Positions 18,220-27,943 of a stretch of 64,000 nucleotides of DNA are shown piece after piece. The translations under genes were made by a program, and so were the position numbers. Numbering within the stretch: the first letter of the stretch is position 1; each line of letters begins with the position of its first letter. Origin of the DNA: an uncultured Gammaproteobacteria bacterium (GTDB lineage Bacteria; Patescibacteriota; Patescibacteriia; Magasanikbacterales; UBA922); NCBI GenBank assembly GCA_964418775.1, contig CAYQNA010000005.1, positions 3,066 to 67,065 of the forward strand. Direction: 5' to 3'. The notes below the pieces were generated by a model. It saw only the letters and a program-made list of their open reading frames with translations, did not search any database and was not told the DNA's origin.

Positions 18220-18221
18220 AG

Positions 18222-18294
18222 TGGGCCAGGGTGGAATTGAACCACCGACCGCGTCGTTATAAGCGACGTGCTCTAACCGCTGAGCTACTGGCCC
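18222..18294 (-). tRNA. tRNA-Ile (anticodon UAU)
   Basis: GGGCCAGTAGCTCAGCGGTTAGAGC...anticodon loop CTTATAA...GGTCGGTGGTTCAATTCCACC CTGGCCC A; body strongly Ile-like. Confidence 0.8.
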
Positions 18295-18357
18295 TTGCGG
18301 CCCAGCTTACCACGCATAGCTTGCTTTTTCAAGGTATTCAGGTATAATCGCCTCATT

Positions 18358-19356
18358 ATGTCTGTCCCTCTCCAAACGTACCAAGTAGTAGACGATGAGT
18401 CCGGCGAACGCCTGGATGTGATTTTGGCGTCTGCAGCCGAGACAACTCGCGCCCAAATCCAGGGTCTTATCAAACGCGGTCTCGTGACTGTGAATGGTAA
18501 GGCACCTAAAAAAGCCGGTGACATGCTTAAAACAGGGGATACTATTGAATGGCGCAATGAACCAAAAGTTGCTTCGGTAACCGAAGTCGTCGATGATACA
18601 CCAACACCAGACCCAATTGTCGTGAGTGAAACTAATGAATATCTGGTGCTCGAAAAACCGACTGGCTTGGTAGTGCATCCACCAGTTGAAAGTACTGACA
18701 AAATTGAAATCACAAACTCAAAAACATTGTCGGGTTGGTTGCTCCGCACGTATCCAAAGTTGTGGCAGGTTGGCGAGCATCCAAATCGTCCGGGTATGGT
18801 GCACCGTCTTGATAAGGACACATCTGGTTTAATGGTTGTCGCCAAAACACAGGCTGCGTTTGAAAATCTCAAGCAACAATTCAAAGACCGTAGTGTGGAA
18901 AAGCACTATTGGGCGCTTGTTCATGGCGTGCCGGCCAATGAGCATGAAATGCTTGATTTTCCGATTGACCGTGGTCATGATGGTCGTATGGTGGCACGTC
19001 CAATTGTCAAAGAAGTCACGTTGCGCAATGTAAATGCACTCCAGCCGGGCCGCACGGCTCTCACGGAATTTTTGATTTCCAAACAGTGGGTCAACCACAC
19101 ACTCCTTGATGTGCGTTTGCACACGGGCCGCACGCACCAAATTCGTGTGCACATGTTTGCGTATGGCCATCCAGTGGTTGGCGATATTTTGTATCATCAG
19201 AAACAATATCAAAATGCAATGAAAAAATTTCCTTGTCCGCGCTTATTCCTCCATTCATACGAATTGTCATTTACTGAGCCAAAAAGTGGTGCGCGTGTAA
19301 CGTTCCGCAGTGAATTACCCGCTGAACTCAAACAGTATTTAACCACGTTACCATAA
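18358..19356 (+). CDS. rluD: RluD-like 23S rRNA pseudouridine synthase (S4 + RluA domains)
   Basis: ATG at 18358; N-terminal S4 RNA-binding region, VHRLDKDTSGLMVVAKT catalytic motif. Confidence 0.85.
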   Translation: MSVPLQTYQVVDDESGERLDVILASAAETTRAQIQGLIKRGLVTVNGKAPKKAGDMLKTGDTIEWRNEPKVASVTEVVDDTPTPDPIVVSETNEYLVLEKPTGLVVHPPVESTDKIEITNSKTLSGWLLRTYPKLWQVGEHPNRPGMVHRLDKDTSGLMVVAKTQAAFENLKQQFKDRSVEKHYWALVHGVPANEHEMLDFPIDRGHDGRMVARPIVKEVTLRNVNALQPGRTALTEFLISKQWVNHTLLDVRLHTGRTHQIRVHMFAYGHPVVGDILYHQKQYQNAMKKFPCPRLFLHSYELSFTEPKSGARVTFRSELPAELKQYLTTLP

Positions 19357-19357
19357 T

Positions 19358-19927
19358 ATGCCCGGCTTACTCGTCATTGTTTCCGCACCATCCGGTGGTG
19401 GCAAGACCACGATTGTGAGCCGTTTGCTCGAAGAGATGTCCAATGCTGCCCGTCTGGTCACCACCACGACACGTTCGCCACGACCGGGTGAGTCCGATGG
19501 GGTTGATTACCACTTTATCACGCGCGGTACATTTCAAAGCAAAATTCAAAAGGGTGACTTTTTAGAGTGGGTGGAATTTGCCGGGGCCTTTTATGGAACA
19601 GACCGTCACGAAGTAGAAAAAATACTCGGAGATAATGATTTTGTATTTGCAAATGTGGATGTGCGTGGAAAAGATAGTTTGGTGCAGGCTGGCTTCCCTT
19701 GCCTCTCCATTTTCCTTATGCCCGAAAGCGAGGAAGTCCTCCGCGCTCGTCTGGCCCGCCGCCCCCGCGCCACCGAGGACTACATTACCAGCCGCCTAGC
19801 CCGCGCTGCGGCCGAAATCGCCATGGCTCCAACCTTTGACTATCAGGTTATAAACCGCGAAGGCCATCTGGCCGAGGCCCTGGCCGAAATCCAGACAATC
19901 CTTGACAAACACGCCCAAACACGCTAA
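19358..19927 (+). CDS. gmk: Guanylate kinase
   Basis: 189 aa; SAPSGGGKTT P-loop and GMP-binding region TTRSPRPGE. Confidence 0.9.
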   Translation: MPGLLVIVSAPSGGGKTTIVSRLLEEMSNAARLVTTTTRSPRPGESDGVDYHFITRGTFQSKIQKGDFLEWVEFAGAFYGTDRHEVEKILGDNDFVFANVDVRGKDSLVQAGFPCLSIFLMPESEEVLRARLARRPRATEDYITSRLARAAAEIAMAPTFDYQVINREGHLAEALAEIQTILDKHAQTR

Positions 19928-19992
19928 ACTGGGCCCATTATCCCTTGCGACGTTGGCCCGCAATGCGACCAACCTCTCCCTAATTATTCCAT

Positions 19993-20334
19993 ATGGAAGA
20001 CATTCGTAACGCCCTTAAACCAGGCATGATCGTGCGCGTGCACCAGAAAATTAAGGAAATTAACACCAAAGGCGAAGAAAAAGAACGTATCCAGATTTTC
20101 GAAGGTATCGTTCTCTCGCTCAAGCATGGTGGCCAGCCAGGCGCAACCGTAACTGTGCGCAAGGTTAGCGAAGGCGTAGGTGTGGAAAAAATCTTCCCAA
20201 TCCACGCTCCAGTGGTCGACAAGATCGAGCTCGTGCGCCAAATGCATGTTCGCCAGGCTCGCCCTCTTTACCTCCGCACTTACAAAAAGAAGTTGCGCGA
20301 AGTAAAGCCAGCCAAGGCCGAAGCCAAAGCGTAA
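19993..20334 (+). CDS. rplS: 50S ribosomal protein L19
   Basis: 113 aa; canonical bL19 sequence (FEGIVL, RKVS). Confidence 0.95.
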   Translation: MEDIRNALKPGMIVRVHQKIKEINTKGEEKERIQIFEGIVLSLKHGGQPGATVTVRKVSEGVGVEKIFPIHAPVVDKIELVRQMHVRQARPLYLRTYKKKLREVKPAKAEAKA

Positions 20335-20346
20335 TTACGACAAAAT

Positions 20347-20376
20347 TAAAAACCCGGCACAAACCGGGTTTTTTGT
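20347..20376. terminator. Bidirectional terminator between rplS and uvrA
   Basis: aaaaacccggcacaaaccgggtttttt. Confidence 0.6.
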
Positions 20377-20386
20377 TTTTCGTTTT

Positions 20387-23203
20387 TTACAGCGCCTCTC
20401 TTAAATACTTACCGGTCCAACTCGTTTTCACTTTTGCCACATCGGTTGGGCGGCCCTGGGCGACAATTTCACCACCTTTTTTACCACCCTCTGGACCAAG
20501 ATCAATAATCCAGTCAGCTGACTTAATAATGTCGAGGTTGTGTTCGATGATGAGTACGGTGTTACCTTTTTCCACAAGTTGATTGAGAACGTTGAGGAGT
20601 TTTTTAATGTCTTCGAAATGCAAACCAGTACTTGGTTCATCAAGAATGTACAAAGTTTTGCCAGTGCTGCGGCGCGAAAGTTCGGTGGCGAGTTTAATGC
20701 GTTGCGCTTCACCGCCCGAGAGTGTGGTGGCTGGTTGGCGGAGACGGAGATAGCCCAAACCAACGTTGCGCAAGATCTGTAATTTCTCGCGAATGTTGCT
20801 GGAGTTGTGAAAGAATTTAAACGCTTCTTCGACCGTCATGTCTAGGACTTCGGCAATGTGTTTGCCTTGGTAGTGAATTTCGAGCACTTCGCGCGTGTAG
20901 CGAGTGCCGCGACATTCACTGCATTCGATAAACACGTCGTTGAGGAAGTGCATTGGGATTGTGGTGTAGCCCTCGCCGCCACACGCTTCGCAGCGTCCGC
21001 CATCTTTCACATTGAAACTAAAGGCACCAGCGTTTAAGCCACGCAATTTTGCTTCGGGTAAGTCAGCGTACAAATCGCGAATCAGTGTAAAAATGCCGGT
21101 GTAAGTAGCTGGGTTACTGCGTGGTGTGCGTCCAATTGGTGCCTGATCAATTGCAATTACCTTATCAATGTTTTCCAGACCCTGGATACTTTTGTGTTCA
21201 CCTGGCAAAGCTTGGGCGCGGTAAAAATAGGCATCAAGCGCTTTGCTTAAAATATCAATGACCAGCGTAGATTTACCCGAACCTGAGACGCCAGTAAAGC
21301 ACACGAGCTGGCCAAGTGGAATATCAATATCCAGATTTTTCAGGTTGTGCGCTTTTGCGCCCTGAATTGTGAGCTTGAGGCCATTGCCTTTGCGTGGTGG
21401 ACCAAGTGGTTCAATACTGTCTTTGCCTGATAAATAACGACCAGTAATTGAATTTTTGTCTTTCGTAATTTCGGTTGGTGTTCCGGCTGCCATAATTTGA
21501 CCACCGTATTCACCAGCACCCGGACCAACGTCGATTAAGTAGTCGGCTGCTTCCATGATGGCTTTGTCGTGTTCGACCACAATCACGGTGTTGCCAGCGT
21601 CGCGGAGCCGCACTAGCGTGGCAATAAGCGTATCATTGTCCTTTGAATGCAAACCAATTGATGGTTCGTCGAGAATGTAAATTAAGCCCGACAAACCGGC
21701 GGACAATTGCGTGGACAAACGAATGCGCTGCGCTTCACCACCCGAAACAGTATTGAGTGAACGGTCCAAGTTCAAATAAGGAAGACCAACTTGGCACAAA
21801 TTTTCCAAGCGACGCAAAACTTCCTTGGTAATTGGCGACGAAATGGCGAGCTCACTAGCCGTATATTCGTTATTTTTGTTCGCATTCAAAGTGGCAAAAA
21901 AATCGCGGCATTCCTCGATGCTTTGGGCAACGACCTCGGCCAAATTTCGGCCATGAATACGAATGTATTGGTTGTCTTCCTTCAAACGGCGGCCGTGGCA
22001 GAGTGAGCAGGTTTTTTCGCGCATGTACTGCTCGATTTCTTTTTTCAAATATTCGGACTTGGTGTCGTAATATCGCTTGGACAAGTGCGGAACAATACCG
22101 TCAAACGTGGTTTTGAGTTTGCCAATGGTGTATTCGGTCCCGTCTGTGCCATAGAGTAAAATTTCCATGGCTGCGGCAGTTAGATCTTGTACAGGTGTGT
22201 GGACGGAAAAATTATTAGCCTCAGCCACAGCATTCAGTAATTCAGCGTAGTGCGCCTGATTGCCCACCAAGCGTGTCCAAGGTTGAATTGCGCCCTCGCC
22301 CAACGTGAGGCGTGGATTTGGAATCACGAGTTCTGGGGCGACTTCGAGTGTTTTGCCAAGACCGGTACAGCGCGGACAAGCGCCGTATGGGCTGTTGAAG
22401 CTGAATGAACGCGGTTCAATTGGCGAGAACGTGCGACCGCATTGTTCGCATACCGGCACTGTGGCCAAGGTTTCCTCGGTTCCGGCCCCATCGTCGCGCA
22501 ATTTAATAAACCCATTGCCCAGGTCAAGTGCACGATCAACTTCGCTGGCCAGCGCGGTTTTATTTTTGCTTGTTAAAACCGCCACGACCACATCAATATC
22601 GTACGTTTTTTTAGGATCAAACGAAAATGTGCTCAAATTTTTGAGGGCAACAGCCACGCCATTTACATATAAGCGCTCAAAACCGGTTTTTTCCAAGCGG
22701 CTCTTGAGCGTCTTTGGGTTCACAGCCTGGCGACGCAAAAATGAGGCAGACAAAATTAATTCAGCCTCGCCGCGCAATTGCTTGCGGATGCGTTCCACAA
22801 TTGTACCGGCCGTGTATGTGCGTACGGCGATTTTGCACGTTGGGCAATATTGCACACCCAACCGCGCAAATAACAAGCGCAAATAATCGTAAATTTCGGT
22901 TGTCGTACCAACAGTCGAGCGTGGATTTTGGGTAAAGTTTTGTTGGTGAATTGCAATCGTTGGTGACAAACCTTGGATCTCGTCCACATCTGGCTTGTCT
23001 GACAGGTCCATGAATTGGCGCGCATACGCGTTCAAACTCTCGGCATAGCGACGCTGACCCTCGGCATACACTGTATCAAAGGCCAAGCTCGATTTACCTG
23101 AACCCGACAATCCGGTGATAACGACTAATTTATTTTTGGGAATCGACAGCGAAACATTTTTTAAATTATGAACGCGCGCACCACTAATTTTAATTTCAGA
23201 CAT
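20387..23203 (-). CDS. uvrA: Excinuclease ABC subunit A
   Basis: 938 aa; two ABC ATPase modules, zinc-finger Cys clusters, classic UvrA N-terminus. Confidence 0.97.
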   Translation of the reverse strand: MSEIKISGARVHNLKNVSLSIPKNKLVVITGLSGSGKSSLAFDTVYAEGQRRYAESLNAYARQFMDLSDKPDVDEIQGLSPTIAIHQQNFTQNPRSTVGTTTEIYDYLRLLFARLGVQYCPTCKIAVRTYTAGTIVERIRKQLRGEAELILSASFLRRQAVNPKTLKSRLEKTGFERLYVNGVAVALKNLSTFSFDPKKTYDIDVVVAVLTSKNKTALASEVDRALDLGNGFIKLRDDGAGTEETLATVPVCEQCGRTFSPIEPRSFSFNSPYGACPRCTGLGKTLEVAPELVIPNPRLTLGEGAIQPWTRLVGNQAHYAELLNAVAEANNFSVHTPVQDLTAAAMEILLYGTDGTEYTIGKLKTTFDGIVPHLSKRYYDTKSEYLKKEIEQYMREKTCSLCHGRRLKEDNQYIRIHGRNLAEVVAQSIEECRDFFATLNANKNNEYTASELAISSPITKEVLRRLENLCQVGLPYLNLDRSLNTVSGGEAQRIRLSTQLSAGLSGLIYILDEPSIGLHSKDNDTLIATLVRLRDAGNTVIVVEHDKAIMEAADYLIDVGPGAGEYGGQIMAAGTPTEITKDKNSITGRYLSGKDSIEPLGPPRKGNGLKLTIQGAKAHNLKNLDIDIPLGQLVCFTGVSGSGKSTLVIDILSKALDAYFYRAQALPGEHKSIQGLENIDKVIAIDQAPIGRTPRSNPATYTGIFTLIRDLYADLPEAKLRGLNAGAFSFNVKDGGRCEACGGEGYTTIPMHFLNDVFIECSECRGTRYTREVLEIHYQGKHIAEVLDMTVEEAFKFFHNSSNIREKLQILRNVGLGYLRLRQPATTLSGGEAQRIKLATELSRRSTGKTLYILDEPSTGLHFEDIKKLLNVLNQLVEKGNTVLIIEHNLDIIKSADWIIDLGPEGGKKGGEIVAQGRPTDVAKVKTSWTGKYLREAL

Positions 23204-23206
23204 AGA

Positions 23207-24637
23207 TTATTGTTGCGTGGCAATGGTGCCGTAACATTTTACACGATCTTTTTGGTCTTCAAAAACCGGACAAAAACGAGCCGCGTCAATGTTTAAAATC
23301 AGGCCTTTTAGAATTTGTTCTTTGGTCATGTACGACTCTGGGCTGGCAGCTTTGTTGATTGGTACTGGAATATCATAATCATAGTGACCAAGTGCGCTAA
23401 ATTTACCCATGTCACCCAGGTCAATTGCGCCACCACTCGCTGTTCTGCCCACCACGTGGGCTTCATCCTCGACAACATCGTTTGGATTATTTAGGTCAAT
23501 ACGCAGTGCGAAACCTTTGAACCCGCCATGCTCAGAACATTGGTTCATGCCACTGTTCAGAGCTGCTTCGTCGACTGAAACGGTGTAGATTTGGTCTGCA
23601 TTTTTAATACTGGATTGGAGTGTGTAAGAACTGCTGACATCATCTAGTGTGCCATCCTGGCACACATAAAGCATACGGATACTACCTAAAACACTAGTGT
23701 CTGGAACCCAGGGGAATTCCCAGAAATCAGACACACCATCGGCCAACAAGTCCGCCACCCAACTGTCGGCGTTATTGACAGCCATGTCAACCAGGGATGA
23801 GTTTGTAATACGACCACCAATTTTACCTGGGAGACAGCTTTCTTCAGTTGATTCAAGTTTACGCAGACACACATTACCGGTTTGGCACGCGGTACCACGA
23901 CAACTTTGTCCGCCACCACTGCTAAACACGTACTGCTTGCCACATTCAGCATCAGCCGGATTAGTGGAAAAGGTGCCAGCTTTGAATTTAGCTGCTTTTG
24001 CTTCTGAAGAAATTTTTTCATTACCGCCGCCAATGTATTCAACTTTGTCTGATTCCTCTAAAACCGAACAATACTCAGCCATGCCTTGGCCGTTAATTAA
24101 CCAAATTTGGGGTAGACGGAAGTTAACCAAGTATGGATTTACCGTGTTAAGTACAACATAGGATACGAGCAGTAGCACTAGACCGGCTAAGGCACCGGCA
24201 ATACGATTTTTGGCCGAGCTAATACTGTCGCTATTGCCACCGCTGGCGGCCCACTGAAAGCCGGCCACTACAAGCATTGCGGCCGCCAAGATACCTGCCA
24301 CCCAAATTACATAACGGTACATTGATTTAATGAACACACCAATATCGGAGAATTTGGTTTCACCACCAAAAGAAATTTTGGTTTCAGTTTGACCAGCCGG
24401 CAAACAAAAACCAACATCTTTTTTTTCCCATTTTAACCCACCGCACGCAACTTCAGTCTGATTGTCTTGTATAAACCCACCGTTAAGGTCTTTATCGGTC
24501 AAAGTATCGCCAGCCAGAATTTTCCGTTGCGTAATACAATCTTCCTTGACCCAACATTTTTGGTCAATTTGCGCGTGTGCAATAAATGGAAGAGCCAAAC
24601 CAGCCACGAGCAAGGTTGTCAGCAGAAAACGCTTCAT
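23207..24637 (-). CDS. Cys-rich secreted/membrane protein with central VirB2/TrbC-pilin-like two-helix hairpin
   Basis: 476 aa; signal peptide; segment YVIWVAGILAAAMLVVAGFQWAASGG...RIAGALAGLVLLLVSYVVLN resembles T4SS pilin hairpin; >20 Cys. Confidence 0.45.
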   Translation of the reverse strand: MKRFLLTTLLVAGLALPFIAHAQIDQKCWVKEDCITQRKILAGDTLTDKDLNGGFIQDNQTEVACGGLKWEKKDVGFCLPAGQTETKISFGGETKFSDIGVFIKSMYRYVIWVAGILAAAMLVVAGFQWAASGGNSDSISSAKNRIAGALAGLVLLLVSYVVLNTVNPYLVNFRLPQIWLINGQGMAEYCSVLEESDKVEYIGGGNEKISSEAKAAKFKAGTFSTNPADAECGKQYVFSSGGGQSCRGTACQTGNVCLRKLESTEESCLPGKIGGRITNSSLVDMAVNNADSWVADLLADGVSDFWEFPWVPDTSVLGSIRMLYVCQDGTLDDVSSSYTLQSSIKNADQIYTVSVDEAALNSGMNQCSEHGGFKGFALRIDLNNPNDVVEDEAHVVGRTASGGAIDLGDMGKFSALGHYDYDIPVPINKAASPESYMTKEQILKGLILNIDAARFCPVFEDQKDRVKCYGTIATQQ

Positions 24638-24646
24638 ACAAAAAGG

Positions 24647-25459
24647 TTAACGCAATTGACTAATAATGACCTGGTCCCATTGGGCCGCACTAGCGACACC
24701 CTCAATGACCGTTTTATTAACAAAATAGGTTGGCGTGCCGCGCACACCTAGTGCAATAGCCTCGTTTACATCGGCTTCGATTTCGGCTTGGTGACGCTGT
24801 GATTTTATGCAGGCTACAAATTTAGCCTGGTCAAGTTTAAGAGTCTCGGCCGCACTTGTCAAGCCGGCATCGTCGAGCGCTTCTCTTTTGAAGAGTAAGT
24901 GGTAATATTCCCAAAATTTGCCCTGGTCTTGGGCGCAGGCTGCGGCATTGGCAGCGGCGAGCGCGTTGGGGTGAATGCTGGTAAGGGGGAGTGCTTTGTA
25001 CACAACGCGTACGGCGGGACCGTATTTTTCTAAAACCGTGTCAAAAATCGGCTGGCTTTGGCGACAAAATGGACACTCAAAGTCAATAAAAGCAATAATT
25101 GTGACTTTGGCGCTGGCTGGACCAAGGGTTGGGTTGGTGGTTTTAATGTGGGATTTAGGGTCGCTCAATGGGGGAGGAGCATCGCCCGTTTTGGTTCCAC
25201 TCCATTCGCCAGACTGAAATTGGGCCTGTAATTTGGCTATTTCACCCGGGTTACCGTAGCGAAATTGCCACATATAATAACCTACCTGGGACAAAAAACC
25301 TAAAATCAGCAAGCTAATCACCCCAACTACAATCCAGCGCCCCCAGCGACGTGTGGGGCGGACCTGGCTAGCACCAGCCAAATTAGGAGACTGTGGCATA
25401 TAAGTGGCCCCATTATACCATAAAATTGAATTGTCAACAGTCCTTGGCTCAATTGACAT
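24647..25459 (-). CDS. DsbA-family thiol:disulfide oxidoreductase, membrane-anchored
   Basis: 270 aa; N-terminal TM, CPFC active site, thioredoxin fold features. Confidence 0.75.
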   Translation of the reverse strand: MSIEPRTVDNSILWYNGATYMPQSPNLAGASQVRPTRRWGRWIVVGVISLLILGFLSQVGYYMWQFRYGNPGEIAKLQAQFQSGEWSGTKTGDAPPPLSDPKSHIKTTNPTLGPASAKVTIIAFIDFECPFCRQSQPIFDTVLEKYGPAVRVVYKALPLTSIHPNALAAANAAACAQDQGKFWEYYHLLFKREALDDAGLTSAAETLKLDQAKFVACIKSQRHQAEIEADVNEAIALGVRGTPTYFVNKTVIEGVASAAQWDQVIISQLR

Positions 25460-25508
25460 GTGGGTTCGCTTCTGCTAGACTGGGCCCAATGTTTATGGTA
25501 TAGTTTTA

Positions 25509-25736
25509 ATGTTCTGTATGGTTCATACTATTTTGACAATTATTAATTTGGTCTCCGCCGTGCTCCTTATTGTCGCAATTTTATTGCAGCAAAAAGGCGC
25601 TGGTATGGGTGCGGCTTTTGGTGGCTCGGGTTCTGTATACACCACTCGTCGTGGTTTGGACCGCACGTTGTTCCAGGCAACTATTGTACTTTCCGTAGTC
25701 TTTTTTGCTACGGCAATTGCCTTCCTTCTGGTTTAA
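25509..25736 (+). CDS. secG: Preprotein translocase subunit SecG
   Basis: 75 aa; LLQQKGAGMGAAFGGSGS ... RGLDRTL motif. Confidence 0.85.
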   Translation: MFCMVHTILTIINLVSAVLLIVAILLQQKGAGMGAAFGGSGSVYTTRRGLDRTLFQATIVLSVVFFATAIAFLLV

Positions 25737-25786
25737 TTTACCCGTTACACCCTGACCGCAGGGTGTGTTAGGGAAATGCCTGTTCT

Positions 25787-27775
25787 GTGGCTTCCCGCCT
25801 GATGTCTAAAGTTCGCCAAACTTGGCAGCGCTTGTTTAAACCAAGCTCTTCTTTGGTCACGCCACACCATGATATGGCGGTTTTGCGACGTTTGCGCGGG
25901 CGTCGTTGGCCACAGTGGCGTCAGTGGCGTCACTTTAGCAAGTTGCTCGATAAGTCTGAACGACGTTGGTACCGTGTGGGCCAAACCTCACTGGTGGTTG
26001 GTTTGGCGCTATTGGTCACAGCCATTGTGTGGCATTATCGCATCCCACAGCCAGCGGTTGGCGGTGAATATACCGAAGGAATTGTCGGTGCGCCGCATTT
26101 GGTAAATCCAATTTTCGCACCACTCAATGAAACAGACATGGATTTGTCGCGCCTCGTGTATTCGGGTTTGTTGCGCTATGATGCAGTCGGGAATCTAGTA
26201 CCAGATTTGACAACTGAGTATCAAACCAGTGCTGATCGCAAGACTTATACATTCACGCTCCGCAAAGGCGTTATGTGGCACGATGGTGAGCCGTTTACCT
26301 CGCGCGATGTGGCGTTTACAATTGAAGTTATCCAAGACCCAACAGTTGGTAGTCCTCTTTTGTCTACATTTCAGGGTGTAAAAGTATCTGCAATCGACGA
26401 TTACACCGTGCAATTGAGTGTAAATGAGGTGGCACCCGGATTGCTTTCGAGTTTGACCGTTGGTATGCTGCCGGAGCACATGTGGGGTGGTTTACCACGT
26501 GACCAAATTCGTTTGGCACCAGTTAATATTTCCCACCCAATTGGTACTGGTCCGTACATGATGAAGCGTTTGTACAAAGACGACACTGGGTATGTGTACC
26601 GTTACACACTTACGCGTTTTGCAAGTTATTATGCTCAGCCAGCTTATGTAACCGACTTGTCGTTCCAGTTTTTTAGTGACTACGATGGCGACCAGGGTGC
26701 GATTCAGGCTCTGCTCGAGCGCAAAGTCGATGGTTTGCACTTTGTACCGGCCGCATTCCGCGACCGTGTGCAGCGCAAACATACGGTTTTGCACACTTTG
26801 CAGTTACCACAATATTCAGCCGTCTTTTTTAACCAGGACCGCAATGCTGATTTGGCCGATAAGGACGTGCGTGTGGCTTTAAACACCGCCCTTGACAAAG
26901 AGCGCATTTTACAGCAATCTGTAGGAGGTGAGGGAACGGTTTTGACTGGCCCGGTTTTGCCTGGCTTCCCTGGCTACCAGTTTACGACCACGACCCCAGT
27001 TGGCTCGATTGACGAAGCCAACGCCCTGCTTGATAAAAAATGGAAACGGATTACGGTTGATGAGTACAAAGAAGCGCTCCGCAAGAAGTTCCGCGCTGAA
27101 CGCCAAGCCTCCGAAACTCCAGTAGCTACGACCACACCAAGCACAGCCTCTAGTACTACCCCAACCACAAATAGTTTGAATGACTCGGAAATTGAACAGT
27201 TGGTCGAAGCTGAGTTAAACGAAAGCCAGTTGTTCTATCGTCAAAATAAAGATGGCCGTATTTTGCAAGTTGATGTGGTCACGGCTGATACGTTTGAATA
27301 TCGTGCGGCCGCCCAATTGATTGCTGGGTATTGGGGGGATTTAGGTGTTAGGGCAGTGGTCTCGTATGTAGCCCCAAAGGACATTACGCGTACAGCGTTG
27401 AAAGACCGGGTGTATGACGCGCTTTTGTATGGTATTATTGTGGGCGCTGACCCAGATCAAACTCCATTCTGGCATTCAAGCGAAGTGGATTACCCGGGTT
27501 TGAACTTGGCTCGTTATAATAATAAAAAAGTCGATGATTTGCTGACCAAAATTCGCCAGTCAACTACGGTAAGTAGCACAGCGGATTTATCAGTCCAGTT
27601 TAATCAAATAGTTCACGACGATTTGCCGGCAATTTTCTTGTACACACCAACCTATACCTATTTACAGGGCACAAACGTTCAAGGATTTGGCGTAACACGC
27701 ATCGCTCACCCTGCTGATCGTTTTGCCAATGTAACTGATTGGTACACCAATACACGTGGTGTCTGGTCTCGTTAA
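25787..27775 (+). CDS. Extracellular solute-binding protein, family 5 (oligopeptide/nickel type), membrane-anchored
   Basis: 662 aa; SBP_bac_5-like core, Arg/Trp-rich cytoplasmic N-extension, TM helix, internal Ser/Thr linker; true start uncertain. Confidence 0.7.
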   Translation: MASRLMSKVRQTWQRLFKPSSSLVTPHHDMAVLRRLRGRRWPQWRQWRHFSKLLDKSERRWYRVGQTSLVVGLALLVTAIVWHYRIPQPAVGGEYTEGIVGAPHLVNPIFAPLNETDMDLSRLVYSGLLRYDAVGNLVPDLTTEYQTSADRKTYTFTLRKGVMWHDGEPFTSRDVAFTIEVIQDPTVGSPLLSTFQGVKVSAIDDYTVQLSVNEVAPGLLSSLTVGMLPEHMWGGLPRDQIRLAPVNISHPIGTGPYMMKRLYKDDTGYVYRYTLTRFASYYAQPAYVTDLSFQFFSDYDGDQGAIQALLERKVDGLHFVPAAFRDRVQRKHTVLHTLQLPQYSAVFFNQDRNADLADKDVRVALNTALDKERILQQSVGGEGTVLTGPVLPGFPGYQFTTTTPVGSIDEANALLDKKWKRITVDEYKEALRKKFRAERQASETPVATTTPSTASSTTPTTNSLNDSEIEQLVEAELNESQLFYRQNKDGRILQVDVVTADTFEYRAAAQLIAGYWGDLGVRAVVSYVAPKDITRTALKDRVYDALLYGIIVGADPDQTPFWHSSEVDYPGLNLARYNNKKVDDLLTKIRQSTTVSSTADLSVQFNQIVHDDLPAIFLYTPTYTYLQGTNVQGFGVTRIAHPADRFANVTDWYTNTRGVWSR

Positions 27776-27784
27776 AATTTAAAA

Positions 27785-27868
<84 letters not shown>

Positions 27869-27943
27869 CGCATGTGATTCCTTTGGAATCATTGAATTTA
27901 AGTCGCGCTCGCGACAATTAATCTAGTTAGTTTTATTTTTGGT

